Of a DNA stretch of 64,000 bases, positions 1-12,585 are shown piece by piece (position 1 is the first letter of the stretch; every line of letters starts with the position of its first letter). The stretch is from Mobula hypostoma (Eukaryota): assembly GCF_963921235.1 (NCBI RefSeq), contig NC_086108.1, positions 17,360,001 to 17,424,000 on the forward strand, read 5' to 3'. The translations under genes were made by a program, and so were the position numbers. The notes beneath the pieces are model-generated. The model worked only from the letters and a program-made list of their open reading frames with translations. It ran no database searches and was not told where the DNA came from.

Positions 1-2588
1 ATTGTATCCGCCTCCACCATTGTTGCCAGCAGCCCATTCCACCACTCTTTGCGTAAAAAACTTATCCCTGACATCTCCTCTGTACCTTCTTCCAAGCACC
101 TTAAAACTGTGCCCTCTCATGCTAGCCATTTCACTTTTGAGAAAAAGCCACTGGCTGTCCACACGTTCAATGCCTCTCATCATCTTATACACCTCTATCA
201 GGTCACCTCTCATCCTCTGCTGCTCCAGGTGAAAAGGCCAAGTTCACTCAATTTATTCTCATAAGGCATGCTCCCCAAACCAGACAACATCCTTGTAAAT
301 CTCCTCTGCACCCTTTCTATGGTTTCCACATCCTTCCTGTAGTGAGGTGACCAGAACTGGGCACAGAACTCCAAATGGGATCTGACCAGGGCCCTATATA
401 ACTGTAACATTACCTCTCTGCTCTTAAACTCAATCCCACGATTGACGAAGGCCAATGTACTGCATGCCTTCCTAACCAGACAGTCAACCTGCACAGCAGC
501 TTTGAGTGTTCTATGGACTCGGACCCCAAGATCACTCTGATCCTCCACACTGCCAAGAGTCTTATCATTAATACTATATTCTACCATCATATTTGACCTA
601 CCAAAATGAACCACCTCACACTTATCCAGGTTGAACTCCATCTGCCACTTCTCAGCCCAGTTTTGCTTCCTACCAATGTCTCGCTGTAACCTCTGAAAGC
701 CCTCCACACTATCCACAACACCCCCAACCATTGTGTCATCAGAAAATTTACTAACCCATCCCTCCAATTCCTCATCCAGGTCATTTATAAAAATCATGAA
801 GAACAGGTGTCCCAGAAGAGATCCCTGAGGCACACCACTGGTCACTGACCTCCATGCAGAATATGATCCATCTACAACTACTCTTTGCCTTCTGTGAACA
901 GGCCAGTTCTGGATCCACAAAGCGAGGTCCCCTTGGATCCCATGCCTCCTTATTTTCTCAATAAGCCTGGCATGGGGTACCTTATCAAATGCCTTGCTGA
1001 AATCCATATAAACTACATTTACTGCTCGACCTTCATCAATGTGTTTTGTCACATCCTCAAAAAATTCAATCAGACTCGTAAGGCACAATCTGCCTTTGAC
1101 AAAGCCATGCTGACTGTTCTTAATCATATTATGGCTCTCAAAATGTTCGTTAAGTCCTAGCTCTCAGGATCTTTCCATCAACTTACCAACCACTGAAGTA
1201 AGGCTCACTGGTCTATAATTTCTTGGGCTATCTCTACTCCCTTTCTTGAATAAGGGAACAACATCGGCAACCCTCCAATCTTCTGGAACTTCTCTCATCC
1301 CCATTGATGATGCAAAGATCATTGCCAGAGGTTCAGCAATCTTCTCCCTCACCTCCCACATTAGCCTGTGGTACATCTCGTCCAGTCCCGGAGACTTATC
1401 CAACTTGATGCTTTCCAAAAGCTCTAGCACATCTTTCTTAATGTCAAAATGCTCAAGCTTTTCAATCCATTGGAAGTCATCCCTACAATTTCCAAGATCC
1501 TTTTCCACAGTGAATACTGAAGCAAAGTATTCATTATGTACCTCTGCTATCTCCTCCAGTTCCATACACACTTTTCCACTGTCACACTTGTTTGGTCCTA
1601 TTCTCTCACATGTTATCCTCTTGCTTTTCACATGCTTGTAGAATGCTTTGGGGTTTTCTTTAATTCTGCTCGCCAAGGCCTTCTCATGGCTCCTAATTTC
1701 ATTCTTAATCTCCTTCCTGCTAGCCATATAATCTTCTATATCTCTATCACTACTTTGTTTTTGAACTTTTTGTAGCTTTTCTTTTCTTCTTGACTATATT
1801 TTCAACAGCCTTTGTACACCACGGTTCCTGTATCCTACCATCCTTTCTTTGTCTCATTGGAACGTACCTATGCAGAACACCACGCAAATATCCCATGAAC
1901 ATTTGCCACATTTCTGCCGTACATTTCCCCTGAGAACATCCATTCCCAATTTATGCTTCCAAGTTCCTGCCTGGTAGCTTCTTATTTCCCCCTACTCCAA
2001 TTAAACACTTTCCTAACTTGTCTGTTCCTATCTCTCTCCAATGCTATTGTAAAGGAGATAGAATTGTGATCACTATCTCCAAAAGGCTTTCCCACTGAGA
2101 GACCTGACACCTGACAAGATTCATTTCCCAATACCAGATCAAGTGCAGCCTCTCCTCTTGTAGGCTTTACTACATATTGTGTCAGGAAACCTTCCTGAAC
2201 ACACCTAACAAACTCCACCCCATCTAAACCCCTTGCTCTCGGGAAATGCCAATGAATATTTGGGAAATTAAAATCTCCCACCACGACAACCCTGTTGTTA
2301 TTACACCTTTCCAGAATCTGTCTCCCTATCTGCTCCTCGATGTCCCTGTTACTATTTGATAGTCTATATAAGTACCCAGTAGAGTTATTGACCCCTTCCT
2401 GTTTTTAACTTCCACCCACAGAGACTCAGTAGACAATCCCTCCATGAATTCCTCCTTTTCTGCAGCCTTAACACTATCTCTGATCAATGGTGCCATGCCC
2501 CCACCTCTTTTGCATCCCTCCCTGTCCTTTCTGAAACATCTAAAGCCTGGCACTCAAAGTAACCATTCCTGCCCCTGAGCCACCCAAG
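1..2588 (-). mobile_element. CR1 LINE ORF2 (endonuclease + RT), frameshifted; 5' side abuts the minisatellite; 3' end runs off the window
   Basis: ORFs 1982-2284 (VGDFNFPNI...LDLVL...GDSDHN), 1164-1727 (NYRPVSLTSVVGK) and 210-1127 (QHGF, YMDFSKAFDKVPH, SGVPQGS, SKFSDDT) are typical CR1 EN/RT motifs. Confidence 0.95.
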
Positions 2589-5500
2589 TGTGTAGAGTAG
2601 GGTTGTCAGGAACAGAGCTTTGAGTAGGTGATTGAGGAACATAGTGTAGAGTAGGGGGGTGAGGAACAGAGTGTAGAGAAGGGGGAGTGAAGAACAGAGC
2701 GTAGAGTAGAGGGAGGGATGATGAACAGGGCGTATTGGAGGGGGGGGTGAAGAACACTGTGTAGATTACGGGGCTGAGGAACAGGGCATAGTGGAAGGTG
2801 TTTTGGAACAGGGCCTTCAGTAGGGGGTTCAGGCACAGGGTGCAGAGCAGGGGGATAAGGAACAGGGAGCAGAGTAGGGGTGTAAGGAACAGGGCGTAGA
2901 GTTGGGGATTGAGGGAAAGGGCATAGAGTTGGTGATGAGGAACTAGGTATAAAGTAGGGGATGAGGAACAGGACATAGATTAGTGGAGTGAGGAACATGG
3001 TGTAGCGTAGGGGGGTGAGGATCAGAGCATAGAGTAGGGGGAGGGATGAGGAACAGGACGTAGGGTAGGGGGTGATGAACAGGGTGTAGTGGAGGGTGTT
3101 TTGGAACAGAGCCTTCAGTAGGGGGTTGAGGCATAGGGTATAGAGTAGGGGGTTGAGGAACAGGACGTGGAGTAGAGGGGATGATGAACAGGGCGTACAG
3201 GAGAGGGGTGAGGAACACTGTATAGAGTACGGGGCTGAGGAACAAGATGTAGAGTAGTGGTGTGAGAAACAGGGTGCAGCGATGAACAGGGTGTAAAGTA
3301 GGGGGTGAGGAACAGGCAGCAGAGTGAGAAACAGGGTGTAGAGTAGGGGAGTGAGTAACAAGACATAGTGTAGAAGGGTGAGGAACATGGTGTAGAGTAG
3401 GGGCATGAGGAACAGGGCGCATAGTAGTGGGGTGAGAAACAGGGTGTAGAGTAAGGTGTGAGAAACAGGCTGTAGAGAAAGGAGATGAGGAAGAGGTAGG
3501 AGTTGAGGAACAAGGCCCAGAGTAGGGAGGTGAGGAAAAGTGAAGATTAGGGGATTGAAGAACAGGGATACAGTAGGGGGGTGAGGAACAGTGCGAAGAG
3601 TAGAGGGGTGAGGAACATGGTGAAGAGTATGGGTGTGAAGAACAGTGGGTAGAGTAGGGAGGTGAGGAGTATGGTGTAGAGTGGGGGGGTGAGGAACATG
3701 GTCTAGAGTAGGGGTGTGAGGAAGGACATAGAATGGGGGGTGAGCAACAGGGTGTAGAGTAGAGGGGTGAGGAACAGGGTTAGAGTAAGGGTGTGAAGAA
3801 CACAGAATAACGGGGTGAGGAGCAGGTTGTAGAATAGCAGGGTGAGGAACGGGGTGTAGAGTAGGAGGTGAGGATCAGGGTGTAGAGTACGGGGTGAAGA
3901 AGAGGGTGTAGAGTAGAGGGGTGAGGACAAGGTGTAGAGTAGAGGGGTGAGGAACATAGTGTGGAGTAGGGGCACAAAGAACAGAGCGTAGAGTGGGGGT
4001 GAGGAACATAGTGTAGAGTAGAGGGATAAGGAACAGGGTGCAGAAGAAGGGGGTAAGCAACAGGGTGTAGATTGGAGGGGAGGGCTGAGGATCAGGGTGT
4101 AGAGTAGGGGCATGAGGAACAGGGTGTACAGTAGGAGTTGAGGAACAGAGCCTAGAGTAGGGGAGCTGATGAACAGGGTTAGAGTAGTGGGTTGAGGAAC
4201 AGGGTTAGAGTAGGTGAGTGAGGAACAGAATGTAGAGAAGGCTGTGAGGAACAGGGTTTAGAATAGGGGGTGAGGAACAGCGTGTAGAGTAGAGGGGTGA
4301 GGAACATGGTGTAGAGTTGGGGTGTGAAGAACAGAATGCAGAGTAGGGCGGTGAGGAACAGTGTGTAGAGTAGGAAGGTGAGGAACAGGTAACAGAGTGG
4401 TGCAGTGATAAAGAAGGCGTAGTGTTGCATGTGAGGAACTAGGTGTAGAGTAGAGGGGTGAGAAACAGGGTGTACAGTAGGGCGGTGAGGAACATAGAGC
4501 AGGGGGTGAGGAACATGCAGAGAGTGAGGAACAGGGTGTAGAATAGGGGATGTGGAACAGGCATAAAATTGAGCGGTGAGGATCATGGTGTAGTGTAGGG
4601 GGGTGAGGAACAGAGTGTAGATTAGGGGGTTGAGGAACAGGGTGTAGAGTAAGGGAGGAACAGGGTGTAGCGATGGCAGTTGAGGAACACAGAGTGGAGT
4701 AGTGCGGTGAGGAACGGTGTAGAGTGGGAGAGCGAGGAAGGGGATGTAGAGTAAGGCATAAGGAACAGGGTCTAGTGTAGTGCTGTGAGAAACAGGCAGC
4801 AGAGTAGGAGATGAGGAACTGTTGTCAGAGTAGGGGTGTGAGGAACAGGGTTAGAGTAGGGGTTGAGAAACATGGCGTACAGTAGAGGGGTAAGGAACAG
4901 GGTGTAGCGTAAGGTTGTGAAGAACGGTGTTGGGTACGGGAGTGAGGAACAGGCAGTAGTGTAAAGAACAGTTTGAAGATTGTAGAGTAGAGGGTGAGGA
5001 ACAGGCGGTATAGTAGAGGGATGAGAAACAATGCGTAGAGTAGAGGGGTGAGGAACATGGTGTCGAGTAGTGGGGTGAGGAACAGGTTGTAGAGTAAGGG
5101 GGTGAGGAACAGATTGTAGAGTAGGGGAGTGAGAAACGGTGTAGAGTAGAGGGGTGAGGAACAGGTTGTAGAGTAGGGGAGTGAGGAACAGGGTGTAGAG
5201 TAAGGGAGTGAGGAACAGGTTGTAGAGTAAGGGGGTGAGGAACAGGGCCTAGAGTAGGGTGTGAGGAACAGGATTAGAGTAGGGGGTTGAGGAACAGGGT
5301 TAGGGTAGGGGTGTGAAGAACAAAGAGTTGGGAGTGAGGAGTAGGGTGTAGAGTAGGGTGTGATGAACAGGGGTAGAATAGGGCGTGAAGAACAGGGTGT
5401 AGATTAGGGGATGAGGATCAGCCAATGGAGTAGAGCGGTGAGGAATAGGGTGTAGAGTAGGGAGTGAGAAACAGGTTGTGGAGTAAGGGGGTGAGGAACA

Positions 5501-8262
5501 GGGTGCAGATTGGGGGGGTAAGGAACAGGGTTAGAGTAGGGGGTGAGTGTAGAGTAGAGGGGTGACGAACAGGGTGTTGAGTAGAAGGGAACAGGATGTA
5601 GAGTAAGGGGGCAAAGAACAGGGTGTAGAGTAGTGGGTGAGGAATGGGGTGTAGAGTTGGGGGGTGAAGACCAGGCAGTAGAGTGAAGAACAAGTTGTAG
5701 GGTAGGGGTGTGAGGAACAGAATGTAGAGTAGGAGGTGAGGAACAGGCAGTAGAGTAGAAGGGTGAGAAACAAGGAGTCGAGTAGAGGGGCGTGGAACAG
5801 GGTTTTGGAGTAGGGAGGTGAGGAACGCAATAGAGTAGCAGGGTGAGGAACTGTGTAGAGCAGGTGGTGAGGGCAGGGTGTGGAGTAGAGGGGTAAGAAA
5901 CAGTGAGGAGAGTAGGGGGTGAGGAACAGGGCGCAGAGTTGGATTGTGAGGAGCAGGGCATAGAGTTGAATTGTGAGGAAAGGGTGTAGAGTAGGGGTGT
6001 GAGGAATAGGGTGTAGAGTAGTGGGGTGAGGAACAGGGTGTAGAGTAAAGGGTGAGGAACAGGTTCTAGAGTAATGGATTAAGGAGCAGGGTGTTGAGTA
6101 GGGAGGTGAGGAACAGAGTGCAGAGCAAAGGGGTGAGCAACAGGGTGTAGAGTAGAGGTAAGGGCTGAGGAACAGGGTGCAGAGAAGGGGCGTGAGGAAC
6201 AGAGTGTAGAGTATAGGGGTGAGGAACAGAGTGTAGGGTAGGGGGTAAAGGAACAGAGCCTAGAGTTGGGGGGGGTGAGCAACAGGGTTAGAGTAGGGGG
6301 TTGAGGAACAGGGTTAGGGTAGGGGGTTGAGGAACACGATTAGAGTAGGGGCAGTGAGGAACAGAGTAGGTGATGAGGAACAGGGCGTGGAATAGAAGGG
6401 TGAGAAGCAAAGAGTAGAGTAGGGGTGTGAGGAACAGGGCGTAGCGAAGGAGGCTGAGGAACAGGGCGTAGCGAAGGAGGCTGAGGAACATGGTGTAGAG
6501 TAGGGGATGAGAAACAGGCATAAGAGTAGGGTGTGAGGATCAGGGTGTAGAGTAAAGGGTGAGGAACAGCACGTAGACTAGGGGGGTGAGAAACAGGGTG
6601 TAGAGTATGGGGTGAGGAACAGGGTTAGAGTAGGGGTGTGAAGAACAGAGAGTGGGGGGTGAGGAGCAGGGTGTAGAGTAAAGGGTGAGGAACAGCACGT
6701 AGACTAGGGGGGTGAGAAACAGGGTGTAGAGTATGGGGTGAGGAACAGGGTTAGAGTAGGGGTGTGAAGAACAGAGAGTAGGGGGGTGAGGAGCAGGGTA
6801 TAGAGTAAAGGGTGAGGAACAGCACGTAGACTAGGGGGGTGAGAAACAGGGTGTAGAGTATGGGGTGAGGAACAGGGTTAGAGTAGGGGTGTGAAGAACA
6901 GAGAGTAGGCGGGTGAGGAGCAGAGTGTAGAGAAGGGGGGTGAGGAACAGGCAGTGGAATAGAGCACTGAGGAACAGGGTGTAGATTAGGGAGTGAGAAA
7001 CAGGTGGTAGAGTAAGAGGATGAAGAACAGGTTGTAGAGTAGGGGTGTGAGGAACAGAGCGTAGTGTAGAGGGGTGAGGAACAGGGTGTAGAGATAGGGG
7101 GTGATGAACTGGGGATAGAGTAGAGGGTGAGGAACAAGCAATCGAGTGAGGAATGGCTGTAGAGTGGGAGGGCGAGGAACAGGAGATAGAGTAATGGGGT
7201 GAGGAACAGGGTGTAGAGTAGGGTTTGAGGAACAGGGCCTAAAGTGGGGGGGTGGTGGTGAGGAACAGAGCGCAGAGTTGGTTTGTGAGGAACAGGGCAT
7301 AGAGTAGAGGTGTGAGAAATGTTTGTAGAGTAGAAGGGTGAGGAACGGGATGTAGAATAGGGGATGAGGAACAGGGCGTAGAGTTGGAGGTGAGGAACAG
7401 TGTGTAGAGTAAGGGTGTGAGAAACTGGGTGTAGAGTAGTGGGGTGAGGAGCAGGCTTCATAGTAAGGGGTGAGGGACAGGCAGTTGAGTGAAATACAGG
7501 GTGTAGAGAAGGGGTGAGGAACATGGTGTAGAGTAGGGGGATGGGGAATAGAGTGTAGAGTAGTAGGGTGTGGACCAGGGTATAGGGTAGGGGAGTAAGG
7601 AATAGAGCCTAGAGTCGGTGGGTGAATAACAGGGTTAGAGTAGGGTTGAGGAACAGGGTTAGAGTAGGTGGGTGAGGAATGATGTGTAGAGTAAGTGGTT
7701 GAGGAACAGGATGTAGAGTAGGGGGCTGAGGAATGGTATAGTGCAGGGGGAGAGGAACTTTGTGTAGCATGTGTATGGTGGCAAGTGGGCAAGTGGTTAG
7801 GGCATTGAACTAGCGATCCAAAGGTTGTGGGTTCGAGCCTTGGTCGAGGTAGCGTGTGTGTCCTTGAGCAAGTCACTTAACCACACAATGCTCCAGTCTA
7901 CTAAGCTGAGAATGGGTACCGCCAAAAAATGCTGGGGGCTAACCTGGCGATAGACTGGTGTCCTATCTGGTGGGGGGGGGGGCGTGGTGGAGTCTTGTAC
8001 TCTCAGTTGCTTCACGCCACGGAAACAGGCATAACCTGATGGGCCACAAGGCTCGTGACTTTAATCTTTAATCTAAAATACGGTAGAGTAGGGGCGTGAT
8101 AAACAAGACGTAGATAAGTGGGGTGAGGAACAGGGTGTAGAATGGGGGAAGGAACAGGGCATAGAGTAGAGGGGTAACAGGGTGTCAGGAATAGGGCATC
8201 GAGTAGAGTTTGAGAAACAGGTTGTAGAGCAGGGGGTTGAGAAACAGGATGTAGAGTATGGT
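2589..8262. repeat. G/A-rich minisatellite, ~27-bp unit (consensus ~GTGAGGAACAGGGTGTAGAGTAGGGGG), interrupted by a SINE
   Basis: About two hundred diverged tandem units; strong purine bias on the + strand; an isolated unit-and-a-half also at ~9518-9557. Confidence 0.97.
7775..8074 (+). mobile_element. tRNA-derived SINE inserted in the minisatellite
   Basis: A-box-like TGGGCAAGTGG, B-box GGTTCGAGCC, then GTGTCCTTGAGCAAGTCACTTAACC body and a (TTTAATC)n tail. Confidence 0.8.
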
Positions 8263-8728
8263 GTTAAGGACAACCAGGCAGAGGTGCTGATGCCTATTTT
8301 TGCTGATTGCCATCTGGTGATCATAAATTCAAGGGTCCAGTTGCAAATTAAGGCATGGAGTTTCAGGTCTAGATGTTTGCAGATGAGTTATCTTGAAATT
8401 ATATTATTGAAGGCAGAGCTGTACTCAAGAAATAGCCGAATGTAGGTGTTTTTACTGTTCAGATGCTCTTGAGATGATTGTAGGGCCAGGGAGATGGTGT
8501 CTGCTGTAGATTAGTTTCAGCAGTAGGCAAATTACAGTGGGTTGAGATGAACTAGAAAACTGGAAGTGATGCGTGCTGTGACCACTCTCCTGAAGCATTT
8601 CATGATGGTGGATGTCAGAGTCACTGTTCAATTGTTATTAAGCCACATTACCTTGTTTTCCTTTGGCACTGGGCTTTTAGTGGTTTTCCTAAAGTGGTTG
8701 GGAACCTCAGATTGAAGCAGTGAGAGCA
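8263..8728 (-). mobile_element. Rex1/Babar-type LINE RT fragment (degenerate)
   Basis: Manual minus-strand translation: LSLLQSEVP...PVPKENKV...LTSTIMKCF...FAY...STADTISLAL...YSSAFN...ICNWTLEFMITRWQSAKIG, matching the Rex1 RT N-terminal half. Confidence 0.85.
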
Positions 8729-8904
8729 AGCGTACATTTCCATATGGAGTCACTACCTGTCAGTCTAAAAATAAGTGATTGAAGTTAACTGTAACATCCT
8801 CGAGAATGGTTCAGTGCACACTTTGCATGAATAGATTATTGATGAATCTTCCTCACACGGTTGGAACGTGTGCAATTAGCTGACATACAGATTGAAGTGG
8901 ACAT

Positions 8905-9205
8905 TGAGTCATGGAAACAGGCCCTTCAGTCCAACTGGTCTATGCTGATGAAGATTCCCAGCTAAGGCATATTCCATTTGCCTGCTTTTGACCTATATAT
9001 CTCTAAACATTTTCTTTTCATATACTTGGCTCAGTGCCTTTTAAATGCTGTTTATGTACCTACCACAACCACTTCCTCAGGCAGCACCTCTGGGTGAAAA
9101 GATTTCTCCTTGGGTTCCTATTAAATCTTTCTCCTCACACCTTACATCTAAGCCCTCAAGTTCTTGATTCTCTGACCCAAAATGCCTACTTGCATTGACC
9201 CACAT
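8905..9205 (-). mobile_element. Old CR1 3'-end fragment
   Basis: ACAGGCCCTTCAGTCC tail motif and decayed ORF2 C-terminus resembling other CR1 3' ends in the window. Confidence 0.6.
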
Positions 9206-10389
9206 TGAGTTTATACACTGTTTATATGCGCTGTTTCAGTGTGTTGGGTGCAGATTTGCATCCAGGAGCACAGTCTCCCAAAGTGAATATTTTTCCCTTC
9301 CTTAATCTAGGAAGGCAGTCAATTGTTTCAACCTTTTTTTGCTGGACAGTTCGAGACCATTACCTCCCTCAAACCTCTTCCACTATTTAATTGGCTCATG
9401 GCTGATTTAAACTTCTCCTATTGTTCCATAACCTCTAATGAACTCATCAACCTGAAGTGCCAGTTTTAAGATTTTAACTACACATCTATTTGCTGTAACC
9501 ATAGATGTTTTATTTTCAGGAACAGGGCGTAGAATAGGGGGTGAGGAACAAGGTGTAACAGATTCTGTCTCAGAATCTCATTAACCCCATCCTACACCAG
9601 ACCCTTCTCTCTGACTGATCCCCACCTTTTCCTTTCTGTGACTGACTTTCACCCAAGCCACTGTCTGCTCTCCCTGAGATCAGACCCTCACAGGTAATAA
9701 GCTCAGTTCTCCCCTGGCCCTGTGATTGGGCCCATGATCTCTCCCAATGAACTGTCTGTTCTCTGCAGCCCAGGGTAGTCAGCCTTTTTGACCTGGTGGG
9801 AAATCAACAGAAAATAATTAATTCAGTCTGGGAAATCTGTACTTCTGGATTCCATAGGCTTTAAACAGCTCCTTCCTTGAACTTCTTATCAAATTAATAT
9901 CAAACTCCATGGCCTGTAAATTCCTCCAATTTTGATAGAACAGTGCTGTACAATTGGAAGTAGAGTTAGCCCGAAGGCAAGCTATACTGCATCTGTAATA
10001 TATCTGTGACCACTCACATAAGAAACATGCTCTCTGCATAATCTTACTAATCCCTGAGCACTCACCCACTTCCTTCTCTTCATTGCAGCATCTATTTCTT
10101 TTAAAGCATCAACACTCTCCAGCAGCTACACAAGTGCTGCTGACGTTCTGGAATACTCTTTTTAGGTTGAGGTTGGAGCCACAAGGTGAAGTGCCAGCAG
10201 TGATAAAAAGTTGCAATAAATAACTTGTGCTGAAACTGATGAGGCACAGTGTTATACAGAGATATATTACCTTACAATTGAAGAATACAATCTTTATGAG
10301 ACTTCTAAAAGCAGTGTTAGTGTGACACATAGCACTGTTTAAGCGGTGCTTAAATGCTCTGAAGCAGTCTCGAGGTAAGTGGCTCTTAC

Positions 10390-11224
10390 CTGTGGCTTGG
10401 ACGAGGAGTTCTGCTGCTTTATTTTGCTGTGTGTTTTTGACTGGGATGTGGCCAGGTAGGTAAAGGTTTGCCCCAAAGTCTATGAGTAGCTGAATATACT
10501 GAGGTCCACAGCCATATCTGAGACACATCTCCAGGACTGTCTTTGGCTGCTTGATCCTTGCCAAAACTCTCTGCTCTGTACAATTGTAGTTGGGATCTGC
10601 ACCATAGAGAAGAAGCAGCCTAAAACAGTCAAAGTGCCTGTACACTGATGCAAGGTAGAGAGGGCCACTACAGGCACAAGCATTGGAAGCCCATTTGGGC
10701 ACCTTGGAACGAACGTTGACTTCAGCTCCATGCTCCAGCAGGGCCCGCAAGATCTCTGCATCCCCTTCCCTGGCTGCAGTGAGTACAGGTGAGCAGTTGT
10801 TGTAGATGCTTCCATTAGGATTGGCCCCAGCCCTGAGTAGAGCATGAACACAATACAAGTGCCTGCCGCTGACAGCGGTGAAAAGAGGGGTCTGGGCCTT
10901 AACATCTAAACTGTCCACCTCTGCGCCATGCCTCAGGAGCACTTCCAGGCAACTTAGGTGGCCCTTCGAGGCTGCCAGACGGAGAGGAGTCCCCGGTACA
11001 CCCCAGCCACTCCGATTATTGATAAACCGTCTGTAATGCTCCTGGGACAAAAGCTCATCCAAAAGGGCTACATCATTTCTTAAGACAGCTTGGTTGATTT
11101 GATTGATTTCAGTGTTGTCATCCTGGTTTCTGGGTTGCAGCATGGAGAAGATCTTGCTGATGTCCACCAGACTCATCCTCACTGGGGGCATGATCTCCAC
11201 TTTCAGCATGGTGCTGGCTTCCAT
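10390..11224 (-). CDS. ASB12: Ankyrin repeat and SOCS box protein 12(-like), main ankyrin exon; ends at a phase-1 splice donor; SOCS-box exon not located in the window
   Basis: MSLVDISKIFSMLQP...FINNRSGWGVPGTPLRLAASKGHLSCL...SLDVKAQTPLFTAVS...GSIYNNCSPVLTAAR...CSGPLYLA...YIQLLIDFGANLYLP matches vertebrate ASB12; donor ACAG|GTAAGA at 10390/10389 where similarity stops; start could be the downstream Met (MSLVDI). Confidence 0.9.
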
Positions 11225-11399
11225 ATCAGGCTTCTGGGATCACACAGAGGCATTACTGGTTGCCTGTTTTCCTTGCAGGCTTGGTTGACACTGATGGTGA
11301 TGCAACACAGTGCTGATTGTGATGTCAGGCAGGCAGAGTGCTGCATTGTCCCTCCTTATCTGTCAGCTAATACACTATGGGGAAAATTGTTTCATCCAT

Positions 11400-12585
11400 G
11401 TGGATGCTCCGGGCAAAACAGCACACCAATGTCTCTACTTCATCAGAAGGCTAAGGAAATTTGGCGTGCTCCCAATGATGGGTAAGACAAGGGAACACAC
11501 ACCAGTCCTCACCGAAAGATCAGAAGTGGAATGGGTGAGCAGTTTCAAGTTCCTGGATGTCAACATCTCTGAGGATCTGTCCTGGGCCCAACATATCGAT
11601 GAAGCTACAAAGAAAGCATGACAGTGGCTATATTTCATTCGAAGTTTGAGTAGATTTGGTATGTCACCACAGACACTTGCAAATTACTTTCACATATGGC
11701 CATGGAGGCCACTGGTTGCATCACTGGCTGGTATGAGGGGGATGAGGAAGAGTGTTGCTCAGGATCTAAATAAGCTGCAGAAAGTTGTAAACTCTCAGCT
11801 CGATCATGGACACTCGCCTCTTTGACATCCAGGACATAATCAAGGAATGAATGCCTCATAAAGGAGGCCTCCATCATTAAGGACCCCCATGATCCAGGAC
11901 ATGCCCTCTTCTCATTGCTACCATCAGGAAGGAGATACAGGAGCTTCTTCCTCTCTGCAATCAGATTTCTGAATGCACATTGAACACTCTCACAACTTTT
12001 TTGGCACTATTTAATTAAATATATACATACTTACTGCAATTTACAGTTTTTATTATTATGTATTGCAATGTACTGCTGCCACATAACAAATTTCACAACA
12101 TGTGCTGGTGATATTAAACCTAATTCTGATTCTGATGACTGTACAATTTGTACAGATGCACCCTATCCAGATGTATTACAACTTGGTGTTGTAGCTGCTC
12201 TTCCCAAGACCGCAAGAACTTGTAGAGAGTTGTGAACACAGCCCAGTCCATCACACTCCTCTCCATTGACTCCATCTACACATATGGGAAAGCAGCAAGG
12301 ACCTTTCCTGTCCTGGTAATTCTCTCTTCTCTCCTCTTTCATCAGGTAGAAGCTTGAAAGCACAAACCCGAGTGGACCTCTCATTTGATCTCCCAGTCTA
12401 CCTTATTGTGGTCCTTACACTTTATTTGTCTACCTGCACCGCTCTTCCTTTGTAACTGAAAGACTGTATTCTGCATTCTGTATTGATTTTTATTAATTGA
12501 TGTACCTGTGTATGGAATGATCTACCTGAATAGCATGCAAACAAAAGCTTTTCATTGTTATCTTGATACATGTGACAATTTTAAC
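11400..12585 (+). mobile_element. Two nested Rex1-type LINE 3' fragments (inner ~11479-12135 with (ATTCTG)n tail)
   Basis: LYFIRRLRKFG; VSSFKFLDVNISEDLSWAQHID...KKA; 3'UTR ending ATTAAACCTAATTCTGATTCTGAT; outer copy resumes after 12136. Confidence 0.75.

Noticed and set aside
7780..7850. tRNA gene
   Set aside because: A/B boxes run straight into a SINE body and tail; acceptor stem is poor
2554..7876. Many Pro/Leu/Thr/Ser-rich ORFs (up to 296 aa) on the minus strand
   Set aside because: Translation of a 27-bp tandem repeat that is stop-poor on that strand; no gene structure
2589..8262. CRISPR-like or telomeric array
   Set aside because: No unique spacers, no cas genes, eukaryotic context; unit is not TTAGGG
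9818..10069. 83-aa ORF as the ASB12 SOCS-box exon
   Set aside because: No SOCS/BC-box motif seen; likely intronic
10109..10389. C-terminal 93 aa of the 371-aa ORF as genuine ASB12 coding sequence
   Set aside because: Lies after a canonical GTAAGA donor and has no ASB12 similarity; kept only as a speculative isoform
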